From: an uncultured virus (IMG/VR IMGVR_UViG_3300035698_029469)
Taxonomy: Duplodnaviria; Heunggongvirae; Uroviricota; Caudoviricetes
DNA: 64,000 bases
IMG/VR virus record: IMGVR_UViG_3300035698_029469
Strand: one strand, 5' to 3'
Shown here piece after piece: positions 27,959-37,847 of this stretch (the stretch's first letter is position 1; the number at the start of each line of letters is the position of its first letter). The position numbers and the translations under genes were made by a program. Under the pieces are notes generated by a model. The model was not told the origin of the DNA and did not search any database. It saw only the letters and a list, made by a program, of their open reading frames with translations.

Positions 27959-29101
27959 TTACCATTTAAATTCCCTCCTACATTGATAATAATACCCGCA
28001 AAATGTTTTATCAAAAAAACTACTTTCTCTCGCCGGAAATACTCCGGTTTGGAAAGCCTTCTTATAACGATCATATTGTTCCCAACACTCATTTACAATC
28101 TTTCGGGTTATTGGTAATGGCCCGACAATACAGCCGTTCGGGTAAGATTCTTGCAAACCTTCTTCCCAACCTTCTATTTCATTTTTATAAATCGGTTGTT
28201 CGTTTTCAAACTCCCAAAACCCTGTTTTCATGTTTGTTTTTTCTTGAGGAAGCGGGCCGGGATAATAAATTTCGTAGTATTCTATTTCTTTGAGAAATTC
28301 CATAGGATGGCCGGCCGGCATTTGTAATGCAATTAAATGCGGATAAACCGCTTGCCGCTCATGTTTACGGCCGACTTTAGCGCTCCCACGAAGTATACCT
28401 TTATAGTAACACGCATGATTTTTCAAACCTTTATAATCGCCGGCAATGAGAATTTCGGCTTTCAGGGACCCGACAAGGCTTCCGGGACATTTCCTAATGT
28501 AATCGATGAAACCCATCATCCGATATTCATCATCAGCGTCAAAGTAAGGAATGGGCCGGCCGCTTTCTGTGTGTTCAATGTGGCCCGAAGTTATAAACTC
28601 GAATTCTGTGCGAATCGGGATAAAATAATCATCTATCGCTTTTTGAACCCCGACGCACACTGCCAAAAGACCTAACCGTTCGATTTCCAGGGTTGCAAAA
28701 TTCTCAATGCGATTTTGAATGTGAAGCGGGGTAAAATCTAAATGGTTCATTTCTTTCATTACTACCTCTGAAATTTCAACAAGTAATTTCATAAAATCAT
28801 GGCGAATATTTTTTCCATTCTGTATCAAGGTAATGTTATCCATGTCCCGATATTGACCTAAAATTTCCGGCCTGAGCTTTTTAGATTGATGAAATAACTC
28901 AAATACTCTGTGGAGAAAAGATCCCAAATGCATGGATTCCCGGTTCGTTGAATTAGATTCCGGCCAGCGGAGAACCTTCGAAATGAAACGTTTGCGCAGA
29001 CACTCCTCATTAAGGCTTGTCGGGCTACAATGCGGGCGATCTAGGAAATCGGTGTTTGGATTTTCGGCTTCGTTAATTAATCTATTAATCATTTTATTCA
29101 C
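27959..29101 (-). CDS. PD-(D/E)XK exonuclease, Cas4/AddB-like
   Basis: SPTSL..C.RK; GSFLHRVFE; GFIDYI; GDYKG; C-terminal FPAR..FCGYYYQC. Confidence 0.85.
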   Translation of the reverse strand: MNKMINRLINEAENPNTDFLDRPHCSPTSLNEECLRKRFISKVLRWPESNSTNRESMHLGSFLHRVFELFHQSKKLRPEILGQYRDMDNITLIQNGKNIRHDFMKLLVEISEVVMKEMNHLDFTPLHIQNRIENFATLEIERLGLLAVCVGVQKAIDDYFIPIRTEFEFITSGHIEHTESGRPIPYFDADDEYRMMGFIDYIRKCPGSLVGSLKAEILIAGDYKGLKNHACYYKGILRGSAKVGRKHERQAVYPHLIALQMPAGHPMEFLKEIEYYEIYYPGPLPQEKTNMKTGFWEFENEQPIYKNEIEGWEEGLQESYPNGCIVGPLPITRKIVNECWEQYDRYKKAFQTGVFPARESSFFDKTFCGYYYQCRREFKW

Positions 29102-29318
29102 CGTCCGATACTATATTTGGACCCGGAAGAATAGTTCCCGAATCCAATAAATATTCCACTACTTCTTTAATTGATTCTCCGTCTATAACATAATCAGAGG
29201 TAGTTATATTTGGATTTTTAAATTCCACTTTAAATTTAAAGACAAGAATATCTTTTATGATTTGAACAAGACCTCTGCGTTTTACATTTTTCGCTCTTTC
29301 TTCTATTGTTGTACTCAT
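29094..29318 (-). CDS. Hypothetical protein
   Basis: GGAGG SD; overlaps the next gene. Confidence 0.55.
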   Translation of the reverse strand: MSTTIEERAKNVKRRGLVQIIKDILVFKFKVEFKNPNITTSDYVIDGESIKEVVEYLLDSGTILPGPNIVSDGE

Positions 29319-29490
29319 TCTTTTTCCTCCTTTTCATCATTATCATAGCCTGAAAAATTTATTGTAAGTTCGGTTATTCTCCGGGGTATAAATTGTTGAA
29401 TCAAACCCGAACCCTTTTTTTGATATTCCGGTCCGTCCAAAAAATCCAACGGAAAAGTATATCCATTAGTATTTATTATTTTATCGTAAA

Positions 29491-29835
29491 TCATTCTTCT
29501 TCCTCCTCTAGTCCGTGCTCCTCACGCCATCTTTCTTGCCAAGTTTCCTGATAACCGGCCAAAGAATAACCCATATCACGATAAAACTGTCGTAAATCAA
29601 TGCCGGCTATTTCGCCATTATAATACGCTCGCCACATTTCATTTATATCTATATTATCGGAGATCCAGCGCATCAAAGGTTTTTGCTTAAATCTTATAAC
29701 TCTATTAGGTCCGGCATTATCCCATTGTAGTTCAACTTCTCTTTCGTCACTTATTGTTCGAATGTCGGAGTAACAGGCCCAGCTTAAAACTTCCTTCGTT
29801 TCCTCTTCAGTTGCGTCTGTGTATCTTTCACTCAT
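29491..29835 (-). CDS. Hypothetical protein
   Basis: GGAGGAGG SD; IDINEMW..QFYRDMGYSLAGY. Confidence 0.65.
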   Translation of the reverse strand: MSERYTDATEEETKEVLSWACYSDIRTISDEREVELQWDNAGPNRVIRFKQKPLMRWISDNIDINEMWRAYYNGEIAGIDLRQFYRDMGYSLAGYQETWQERWREEHGLEEEEE

Positions 29836-29860
29836 TTTATTCTTCCTCCTCCTCTATAAT

Positions 29861-30181
29861 TTAGGGATCGCCGAATTCCCCGTTAAATATCATTTGGTGG
29901 ATTGCTTCCGGCGTGGCGTTAGAATCCATTAACTCTATCATTCTTTGTAAAAATTCCAACCCCTTTTCGTGGTGGTACCAAATATTATAACTATCAACAA
30001 TCCTCTTATAATTAAAACATTCCAAAGCTTTAATTATATTTACTCTGTTATAAAAAGTAATTTTATTTTTTTTTCCAATACTTTGAACGGTTATAAGTTG
30101 CATAATACAACGTTCATAGTTTTTAAAGTTAATTATGTTCATTTTGCTTTTTGGAATTTCTATTTTATTTTCTTCCGTCAA
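29861..30181 (-). CDS. Hypothetical protein
   Basis: GAGGTGA SD, TTG start. Confidence 0.55.
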   Translation of the reverse strand: MTEENKIEIPKSKMNIINFKNYERCIMQLITVQSIGKKNKITFYNRVNIIKALECFNYKRIVDSYNIWYHHEKGLEFLQRMIELMDSNATPEAIHQMIFNGEFGDP

Positions 30182-30287
30182 TTTAAATCACCTCTGTTTT
30201 AAAAAATGTCTCATTATTAATATTAAAATTGGCCAAGCACAACAAATGAAAACCAATATTACAAATTCATACCACTCTTGCATTTAA

Positions 30288-30536
30288 TTACCTTTCCGTT
30301 CGCCGGGCTTTGGCCCCGGTAATATCTATTTTGGCCTCAACGCCGTGTAAATGGGTAGTTACATAAGTTTTACCATTTCGACCTATTTCTACGCGATAGA
30401 TCATATCATATCCGACATTTTGAGAAATAATTAATTCTTCATTATTCATAAGCGGCTTGCCGTCTAGGTGGGCAATAGCCCGGCCGTCGTCGGTTTCCGC
30501 CATATATATAATGTTTTCGGGTTCTTTATTACTCAT
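30288..30536 (-). CDS. Hypothetical protein sharing a C-terminal motif with ORF 30635
   Basis: HLHGVEAKIDITG. Confidence 0.55.
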   Translation of the reverse strand: MSNKEPENIIYMAETDDGRAIAHLDGKPLMNNEELIISQNVGYDMIYRVEIGRNGKTYVTTHLHGVEAKIDITGAKARRTER

Positions 30537-30634
30537 AATGACACCACCAAGAAAATTATTATAAAAATCATGGATAAAACAATTATCATTACAACCGCAT
30601 CCAAATTATCTTTTAAATGTACAACGCTCATTTT

Positions 30635-31123
30635 TTATTCCTCCATAAATTTGGCTCTAAATCCCATTATATTAATTTTAGCTTCGGCACCGTGATGATT
30701 AATAATCACAAAAGGTTTATGAACCGTATAACTCCATGTACTGTTATGTGCGCCTGTTTCATGATTTCTACTCTCAATTATTACAGTTTGTTCGGACCAA
30801 AATCCATTTTCCGGCCAACATAATAATAAACGTGTGTTGTTTCGTATTGTCATATTATTTAGAATAGGATGATAACCACCATTTCCATCATGTTTTGGTA
30901 ATATTGTATCGGATGGTTCACCGCCGAGTAATTTCTGATTATAAGGATGATAACCACCGTTTGCTTCGGCCCGTTGTTGTGCTTCTATTTGTTTTGCTTT
31001 CGGTAAAAGCGTATATTTAATATTACTTTTCCGATTTTTCTTTTGCCTTAAAGATCTTTTTAATTCGGGAATTTCTTCATTAAGTCTTTCGTATTCTACT
31101 TCTAATTCTGCCGATGTTTTCAT
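30635..31123 (-). CDS. Coiled-coil hypothetical protein
   Basis: GGAG SD; internal NGGYHP repeat; HHGAEAKINIMG. Confidence 0.6.
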   Translation of the reverse strand: MKTSAELEVEYERLNEEIPELKRSLRQKKNRKSNIKYTLLPKAKQIEAQQRAEANGGYHPYNQKLLGGEPSDTILPKHDGNGGYHPILNNMTIRNNTRLLLCWPENGFWSEQTVIIESRNHETGAHNSTWSYTVHKPFVIINHHGAEAKINIMGFRAKFMEE

Positions 31124-31135
31124 TTTATCATACTC

Positions 31136-31309
31136 CTAAATTATAGTACTTTCAATCTTTAAAACTTTTTTAAGATCATTTTGCAAGTTTTTTAAACGTA
31201 TTTTAAATAATGTCACTTTAGATTTTGTTTCAAAATCTAATAATTCCAATTCAAGAAGTTCGGTTTCTACATTTTCTATTGCCGCTTTTATTCCAATTGA
31301 TGTTTCCAT
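31136..31309 (-). CDS. Small coiled-coil protein (METSIGIKAA...)
   Basis: GAGGTGATAAA SD before ATG 31309; the tracked longer start overlaps ORF 31374. Confidence 0.55.
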   Translation of the reverse strand: METSIGIKAAIENVETELLELELLDFETKSKVTLFKIRLKNLQNDLKKVLKIESTII

Positions 31310-31373
31310 TTTATCACCTCTAAAAGTAAAAAATTGGGGCCTGTGCCCCGAAATATTGTGTGTTTTGCCGAAT

Positions 31374-31916
31374 TTAAAGAACTTCTTGTTCTTCTTCCTC
31401 TTCCTCTTCCGAAGATTCGGCCGGCTCTGCGGCTTCCTTAGCGTCTCTTGTATCGCCATTAATCGAATTACCGCCCATTTTTCGCGAAAATTCGGCAATT
31501 TCCACCAAGAGACCTTCTCTTTTTTTAATTATAAGATTCATTTCGGTTATGGTACCCTTTGAAAATTTTATCATAAAAGGTTTACTGAATGATACGCTTC
31601 CAAGACGTTCCAGAACACCGTTTCTTAGTCGTTTGTTCAAATTATTCTCGTTTACAACCTGTCCGACTCTACTGGCCTGTTTCTTTCGTTTTCTGGGTTT
31701 AGGTTCTGCGGCGAGTTTTACATCGCCGGCACCGTTTATCTCTATGATAGGATCTTGTGTTTGTTCCACGTTGATCTCCTCCTGTTCTGTTTGTTCGTTA
31801 TTTATTGGTTTAGCACGATAAGTGTTTTGTGTTGGTTCGCCGCCGTGCATAATAAAAGCTCTGGTGGCACTTTCGTTTGATTCTTCGGGCGGTTTATTTC
31901 TTCTCCATTTAACCAT
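31374..31916 (-). CDS. Hypothetical protein, partly disordered, acidic tail
   Basis: GGAGATGA SD. Confidence 0.6.
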   Translation of the reverse strand: MVKWRRNKPPEESNESATRAFIMHGGEPTQNTYRAKPINNEQTEQEEINVEQTQDPIIEINGAGDVKLAAEPKPRKRKKQASRVGQVVNENNLNKRLRNGVLERLGSVSFSKPFMIKFSKGTITEMNLIIKKREGLLVEIAEFSRKMGGNSINGDTRDAKEAAEPAESSEEEEEEEQEVL

Positions 31917-31934
31917 TCAATCATCTCCTTAATA

Positions 31935-32321
31935 TTAATCTACTTCAGAATCCTCTTCTTCATTTGTAATATCTGAAGCATAAAATGGATCTGTAATATA
32001 AAATAAATCGGTTTTTATAATAAATTCTATTGTTTCATTATCGGCGTATTGTCCCCATTTACAAAGATCATGAATAAATAATTTTTTATTTTCACTTTGT
32101 ACAAATTGATCTATTATATATTTGTTAAAACGAGTCGGTACGCATTTTTTTATATAATTAGAATATAATTTCATATATTTATGATTAACATAATTAGAAT
32201 TAAAACTAGCCATTATTTTCATTTTGGCTTTACATCGTTTTACATCATTATAAATTGCTTCTGTAAAAGATTCATAATGTTCATGTTCTTTTACAATCTG
32301 TTCACGTGTTTTCATACTCAT
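31935..32321 (-). CDS. Hypothetical protein
   Basis: Tiled; AT-rich. Confidence 0.55.
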   Translation of the reverse strand: MSMKTREQIVKEHEHYESFTEAIYNDVKRCKAKMKIMASFNSNYVNHKYMKLYSNYIKKCVPTRFNKYIIDQFVQSENKKLFIHDLCKWGQYADNETIEFIIKTDLFYITDPFYASDITNEEEDSEVD

Positions 32322-32335
32322 TTAATCATTCTTCC

Positions 32336-33478
32336 TTAATCCGTATACCATTGCCCCGCGGCTTTCGCCTGATCTCTATAAATCAGAAATTTTTCCGTTT
32401 CTTGATCCTGATATTTTTTATATGCGGGATTATCCCATTCGGGGCCGCCAATAAACGGGGTTCCTTTCGGCGGTTGCCAATCGTCCATCAAAGCAAGTAG
32501 ATTACGTTGTGCATAATTTAAATATCTAACAAAATGACACTCAAAATCATATATTTCCGGTTCCATTAAAATTCCCGTTTCAATTTCGCCATCCGTCATT
32601 TCAAACGACCATTCGGGTTCAATTTCCTTGGGATCGTATCTATCACCTACAATATGAATCATTCTTCTGTTGCTATGTTGCTCTTTATAAATCCTTAAAA
32701 CCGAAGACATACTATGTCCTAATTTATCGTATCCTTGATTTGTATAAGGATCATCTAAAAGGGGTTTATTGCTTCCCCATCCTTCAATTTGGGCCGGCAT
32801 ATTCATTCTTTGGTTCCAAATCGAATGACAATGAAGCCGTGGTATTTGCCGATCAATCATAGTATCAATAAATCGCCGTTCTCCCCAAATTGCAGGATTT
32901 GGTTTGCCGGCGGCAGTTTTATGACCGGTGGGACCCCAAACTCCATCTTTAGCGCAAAGTAAATGATATTCGAAGAACGTAGCATCATCAACACCGTAAC
33001 AACCAACATCTTCTTTTCTTAAAGATTTAGTAATTTTGCGCACATTATTACGGACTTCGATGCTTATTTGTTGATCAATTATATCGTCTTGCTCAACATA
33101 ATCCGGCAAACAAGACAGAACAAAAACGCGTCCTGTTTCTTCATATTCTCTCAACGCCGCGCCGTTGTGGGCTTGCTTGCTGTCGGGATCAAAAGATAAA
33201 ATATAAACCGGCCAACCACGTTTGAGTTTGCCGGCTCGTATTGCCTCAACTAGAGCCGGAGATAGTGTTGGACGATTTTTAGATAAAGGATTATTTCTTC
33301 CTAATTTGATCCGTTCTTCCGGAACACAAAGATCGGCCATCGTAATTATACCCGTGGTTTTGCCGGCCATTGCCCCGCCAAATTGATAGATATTTACTAT
33401 GTAATTTTTAATTTTTTTCCTTAGAACAGATGCTAAATCAAAATCTACATTGTTCGGACTCCAATAATCATTAGCCAT
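32336..33478 (-). CDS. RecA-superfamily P-loop ATPase (AAA_24/Sak4-like recombinase)
   Basis: Walker A GGAMAGKTT; ILSFD; Walker B GVDD; located with the exonuclease and SSB candidate. Confidence 0.7.
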   Translation of the reverse strand: MANDYWSPNNVDFDLASVLRKKIKNYIVNIYQFGGAMAGKTTGIITMADLCVPEERIKLGRNNPLSKNRPTLSPALVEAIRAGKLKRGWPVYILSFDPDSKQAHNGAALREYEETGRVFVLSCLPDYVEQDDIIDQQISIEVRNNVRKITKSLRKEDVGCYGVDDATFFEYHLLCAKDGVWGPTGHKTAAGKPNPAIWGERRFIDTMIDRQIPRLHCHSIWNQRMNMPAQIEGWGSNKPLLDDPYTNQGYDKLGHSMSSVLRIYKEQHSNRRMIHIVGDRYDPKEIEPEWSFEMTDGEIETGILMEPEIYDFECHFVRYLNYAQRNLLALMDDWQPPKGTPFIGGPEWDNPAYKKYQDQETEKFLIYRDQAKAAGQWYTD

Positions 33479-33486
33479 TATATCAC

Positions 33487-34923
33487 CTAAACTTGTATGT
33501 TTAATTCCTCAGATGATTCATCCGGCCTCGAAATAGTTACTCTCGCAGGCTTGCTCGGAGCCGGTTTAGAAGTTGCCGGTGTGCGCGTAAATTTCGGCGG
33601 TGGTGTGAATTTCATCGGCGGAGTTGTTGTAAGCGGATCCACTGCCCCAATACAGAGAATTTTTAGATTATATTTCGGCTCGCCGGTATCTCTATTGGAC
33701 CAACTGTTAATATTAACGGCGGCAATAACCTCAGTATCAATTCCGAATTTATCCATAATTTGATTCTCAAGCACAATATCCATTATTTTGCCGGTTATTT
33801 CTCTTTTATATTTCGATGCCTCATATTGGGTTGACTTATCGGATAGTAAAATAGTATATTGTTTATCTCCGCTCGGAAATATTTTGGGATCTTTAATAAA
33901 ATCTACAAAATCGGCCTTGACAAAATATACCTTATAGGGATCGTTAGGGTCCCATTTTTGGCTTATTTGGCTTAATCTAAGAATTCTATCGTTCATAATA
34001 CGTTTCCAGGGAGCCTTAAACAAACCGGCAGCATTGGACGGTAGTGTGGTAGTTGATAATCCTTTATTACTCGGCCATCCGTTCCAGCGCCATTTTCGAT
34101 CGCCGTTTTTCTTTTTGCCGAATTCAAAACTGAAACGTTTCAGACAATAATTAGCCAAAAGATCATCAATCGATCCCGGCTCTCCCCGGTTCTCGGGCGC
34201 AACAATCTTATCTACGCCGATCCAAAGACTTTCAAATTCGACATTCATGGTTCCCGGCTCATTTATTAGAAAGTTAAGATTGGCAATCCAATTACTATCA
34301 CTCATTCGAACCTGTGACTTCAGCAATGCATTTTCCGGCCGTTCATTTACTCTGTTTACCAGCTCGCCGTCGACCGCCCAGCCGTTATTCCACGCCTCAC
34401 TAAAAACAATATGGGTTGTGGTATGTTTTTCTCCCGGCCATTTTACATTCTCTGTCATTATTTCGGCTGTAGTTAGGTCATAATCGTCGTGCTCACAATC
34501 ATCGGGATTTTCGACAAACATAACCAAACCTTGATCCCGCATTGCAGCGGGATCCGCATCATAAAGAGTTTTTTTCTTTTTTAGGGTACTTTTTATATTA
34601 TCCATTATCATGGATAGTCCGCAGATCATAATATGATCACTATTATCTACTTGGGTCCGAATCCAAATATCAAATTGATGATCGACCTTTTTAAAAAGCC
34701 GGGACGCGGTTAATTCCGGAAATACTTTATTAGATTCATTGAAAAGAGCTTTCCAATGATTCCTAAGATTATTAATATCTTTATTAAGGAATTTGGCGGC
34801 CTCGGCCAAATCATCCTGGTCAGGATATTCTACAGGATAAGGCTCAAATTCTTTGGGTGTTTCTAATAATCCAAGCATTTCCATTTCATGTCTTTCTTCA
34901 TCGGTTAAGTTATTATCTTCCAT
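33487..34923 (-). CDS. Putative OB-fold ssDNA-binding protein (RPA-like)
   Basis: C-terminal OB-like pattern (YFVKADFVD..YTILLSD..FGIDTEVIAAV..YNLKILCI), Pro-rich/acidic tail, adjacent to the recombinase. Confidence 0.45.
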   Translation of the reverse strand: MEDNNLTDEERHEMEMLGLLETPKEFEPYPVEYPDQDDLAEAAKFLNKDINNLRNHWKALFNESNKVFPELTASRLFKKVDHQFDIWIRTQVDNSDHIMICGLSMIMDNIKSTLKKKKTLYDADPAAMRDQGLVMFVENPDDCEHDDYDLTTAEIMTENVKWPGEKHTTTHIVFSEAWNNGWAVDGELVNRVNERPENALLKSQVRMSDSNWIANLNFLINEPGTMNVEFESLWIGVDKIVAPENRGEPGSIDDLLANYCLKRFSFEFGKKKNGDRKWRWNGWPSNKGLSTTTLPSNAAGLFKAPWKRIMNDRILRLSQISQKWDPNDPYKVYFVKADFVDFIKDPKIFPSGDKQYTILLSDKSTQYEASKYKREITGKIMDIVLENQIMDKFGIDTEVIAAVNINSWSNRDTGEPKYNLKILCIGAVDPLTTTPPMKFTPPPKFTRTPATSKPAPSKPARVTISRPDESSEELNIQV

Positions 34924-34925
34924 AA

Positions 34926-35189
34926 TTAATCTTCCTCCTCATTTCTAATTATGATTATATCTTCGTCTATTTCCCTTTCTTGGTCGTCGTTTCCTTCATC
35001 TTCGAACATTACTAAAAAAAAAGTTTTCTTTTTTCTATCATTTCTATATTTTTGAACGGTATAATCCATTTCGATGTTTTTCCATCCGAATTCTGCCGGA
35101 AGCCGGAGCAAGCGGGCTGTATTTGCCCAACCTGAAATTCTCTCATACTCTTTTCCGTCAAGCGGAAATTTAAAATATTCCCCTTTCAT
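34926..35189 (-). CDS. Hypothetical protein, possibly AbrB-like; first gene of the leftward operon
   Basis: GGAGTGA SD; ANTARLLRLPAEF. Confidence 0.55.
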   Translation of the reverse strand: MKGEYFKFPLDGKEYERISGWANTARLLRLPAEFGWKNIEMDYTVQKYRNDRKKKTFFLVMFEDEGNDDQEREIDEDIIIIRNEEED

Positions 35190-35379
35190 TTAATCACTCC
35201 TTATCTGTTTATCTAATACATGGTTGTTTTTATACTTAATGATATTACTAATATTAATAATCCTTTTATTTAAAAGCCGGTAGGTTAATTATTAAGTAAT
35301 GGATTATAAAATTTGGGGTGGTAAAATTATGAACGTCGAAAATAAAAACAAAAAACAGGTTAGAATTAACCGGAACGAC

Positions 35380-35430
35380 GGCCGGAAATTTAAATAAAAA
35401 CGTTTAAATGGCCGGAAATTTAAATAAAAA
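35380..35430 (+). promoter_or_regulatory. Tandem 21-bp direct repeat GGCCGGAAATTTAAATAAAAA (BRE/TATA-like)
   Basis: Exact copies at 35380-35400 and 35410-35430 in the divergent intergenic region. Confidence 0.55.
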
Positions 35431-35445
35431 TAGAGGAATGATAGA

Positions 35446-35838
35446 ATGTTGTTAATTATTACAAAAGAAGATGGGAAACTCGTAATTAAAGTTCGGAAGG
35501 TTTTAAACAAATGGGGGCTGGAATCCGATGAAATTCGAAGTGATATTGAAAGATCCAAACAACAACTTACAGAACATTCTATTTATGAAAATAAGATAAG
35601 AAACGCCGCCAAAATGGACGCTACCTTAAGAACCGGCGATCATATTGCGGTTATAGGACCAACATATCCTACTGGTTCTGAACATAAAAAGATGTGTGAA
35701 GAACCGATATATTGGGAAGATCAGGATATTGATCCGACAATTCAATTAACCCGGCAATTTGGTAAATTTGCTCAGTTTATTATAGGATTTTTATTAATAA
35801 TGATAATAATTTACGGAATTACACAGGTGATTATATGA
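35446..35838 (+). CDS. Hypothetical protein with C-terminal TM
   Basis: GAGGAATGA SD. Confidence 0.6.
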   Translation: MLLIITKEDGKLVIKVRKVLNKWGLESDEIRSDIERSKQQLTEHSIYENKIRNAAKMDATLRTGDHIAVIGPTYPTGSEHKKMCEEPIYWEDQDIDPTIQLTRQFGKFAQFIIGFLLIMIIIYGITQVII

Positions 35839-36347
35839 AAGACTGGGTATATTTAAGCATGGACGCCTTCCGAGAAGCAATTAATCGGAAGGAATTCGAC
35901 GGTATGGACACATCGATTGTTTTAGCTATGCTTCTCGCCGCACGTGATGAAGCCTTGCGGTTGGGCCGGCCTATTATAATAGACGGAATAAATCTCACCG
36001 CTGCAATGCGGTCTGGGCATATTGCGGCCGCTAAAGAGTATAATTATACCACGGTGGCGGTTTTGTTTCAGTTATCGTTTCAAGAATCACTTAAAAATAA
36101 TTATAACAGGGATAGGAATGTCCCGGAAAATAGAATGCGGGAAATGAATCAAGACTTAGAAGAGCCAAAAAATAGTGAATTTGACGCAATATTTCGGATT
36201 ACAAAATTAATAAGATCTAATTATTTCACCTATTTTGCGCAGATTCAAAATTTAATCTGGGAACTTGAAAAGCCAATTATTATTTCAATTGGAATCCCGG
36301 GTAGCGGAAAAACTACTTTTTATAAAATGCTTATGAATAAAACTTGA
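35835..36347 (+). CDS. Circularly permuted polynucleotide-kinase-like (AAA_33) P-loop protein
   Basis: VYLSMDAFR, IIIDGINL..R and RDRNVPE come first; Walker A IGIPGSGKTTF is at the extreme C-terminus. Confidence 0.75.
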   Translation: MKDWVYLSMDAFREAINRKEFDGMDTSIVLAMLLAARDEALRLGRPIIIDGINLTAAMRSGHIAAAKEYNYTTVAVLFQLSFQESLKNNYNRDRNVPENRMREMNQDLEEPKNSEFDAIFRITKLIRSNYFTYFAQIQNLIWELEKPIIISIGIPGSGKTTFYKMLMNKT

Positions 36348-36356
36348 GGTGGTAAA

Positions 36357-36650
36357 ATGATGTATTGGCAAGAATTTTTAACAGAATTATCGAGAGAAAT
36401 AATAAATTATACAATAGAATCAAATACATATCATCCCGATTCATCAATTTATATGATGATAAAATCTGAAACCGTAAAAGATTTAGAAGAAGAACCCGAG
36501 ATCGAAGAATTGGAAATAGAAGAAGAAGATATAGAATTAGTTGCCGAAACTGTAGGATGTGAACACGATTGGGCCGAAAAAGCTTTACAACTTCATAATA
36601 ATGATCTTGGCGAAGCTGTCGAATGGATAGTCGAAAACGGAGCTAAATAG
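36357..36650 (+). CDS. Protein with C-terminal NAC-type UBA-like domain
   Basis: IEEEDIELVAETVGCEHDWAEKALQLHNNDLGEAVEWI. Confidence 0.7.
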   Translation: MMYWQEFLTELSREIINYTIESNTYHPDSSIYMMIKSETVKDLEEEPEIEELEIEEEDIELVAETVGCEHDWAEKALQLHNNDLGEAVEWIVENGAK

Positions 36651-36652
36651 GA

Positions 36653-36862
36653 GTGGATAAAATGAGAGTATTAACAGGACGATTGAGAAAAATAATTAGT
36701 AATAAGATTATGGAAGCCGTGACACATAAATCATTATATCCCGAAGTATTGAAAAGATTTGGTGTAATGTATGATATTTTGGAATATATTGATGGGTGCA
36801 CAGTTACCGAATTGGATTGTTTATTAAATATAATTGCTAAAAATGAAGAAGAGGAGGAATAA
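36653..36862 (+). CDS. Hypothetical protein
   Basis: GGAGTGG SD; tiled. Confidence 0.55.
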   Translation: MDKMRVLTGRLRKIISNKIMEAVTHKSLYPEVLKRFGVMYDILEYIDGCTVTELDCLLNIIAKNEEEEE

Positions 36863-37367
36863 TAAATGGAAAATTGTGTAGTATGTAATGATGATACTGA
36901 TGGTAGATGGTGTGATGGAAACGCAGAAACATTATGTAATGATTGTTTTCATGTATCATTTTGGTACTGTGATTTATGTAGATGTTGGTATAATAAATTA
37001 GATAAGTGTTATTGCAAAGGGGAACGCTAAAATGATAGTAGAATGTCCGTATGCCGATTTATGCGGCCCTAAATGCCAACTCGGCGCCAAAAATACCACA
37101 ACGGCCATAACTGTGCCGTACGGCTGTATCAAAAAAATGAGTTTTAAACGGCAAAAAAATACTTACAGCAAACGAAGGTGGCAAAATAAATGAACTGTGA
37201 AGATTGTTTTCATTGTCAAACTTTGTATGGTGGATTTGCAACCGGAGTTTGTCACGCTCGAGATGATCAGCATAAAGATTATGATCTTAGAGATAATGAA
37301 AATAATTTTTGGTGTTCTAAGTTTATAACATACGAAGAATGGAGAATACAAACTGGGAGGGATTAAA

Positions 37368-37556
37368 ATGAAATGTGAAATATGCGGATTTGAATCCCGA
37401 AATTACAGTACAACAGAATCTCACAAACTTAATGAACACGGAATACCCAAAAAAAGAAAGCGCCGGCATAAAACTCAACATCGTGTTCAAAAATATAAGA
37501 ATGTCAGATGGGGAGATTGGAGAGATTTTAACGCAGGAGAGATTAAAAATGGGTAA
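37368..37556 (+). CDS. C2H2 zinc-finger protein
   Basis: CEICGF..SHKLNEH; basic tail; GGAGG SD. Confidence 0.7.
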   Translation: MKCEICGFESRNYSTTESHKLNEHGIPKKRKRRHKTQHRVQKYKNVRWGDWRDFNAGEIKNG

Positions 37557-37845
37557 AAGAAAAATTAAAAAAAGACGAAAAACATCGTTTGATTGTTCGA
37601 TTTGTGATTGGTGGACAAACTATTCAAAATCGCTGGATCGGCATTATTGGATCATGCATGGAATACCGAGTGAATTATTCAATAAGATTTGGGGTTGTCC
37701 ATACTGTGATTATTTTAGCCCGGTAAAGGGAAATGTTGCCGACCATGAATCCAATGTGCATCGGGGTAAATTTTATAAGGAGCCGGCGATATTAAAAAAA
37801 TACACGAAACCGTTAGAAGTAATACCGTGGCAACAGAGGGAATAA
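37549..37845 (+). CDS. Tandem C2H2 zinc-finger protein
   Basis: FDCSICDW..LDRHYWIMH and WGCPYCDY..DHESNVH; GGAGAG SD before ATG 37549. Confidence 0.75.
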   Translation: MGKRKIKKRRKTSFDCSICDWWTNYSKSLDRHYWIMHGIPSELFNKIWGCPYCDYFSPVKGNVADHESNVHRGKFYKEPAILKKYTKPLEVIPWQQRE

Positions 37846-37847
37846 GA

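Noticed and set aside
27959..29101. Cas4-like gene as part of a CRISPR-Cas system
   Set aside because: No other cas genes or array; the context is a viral recombination module.
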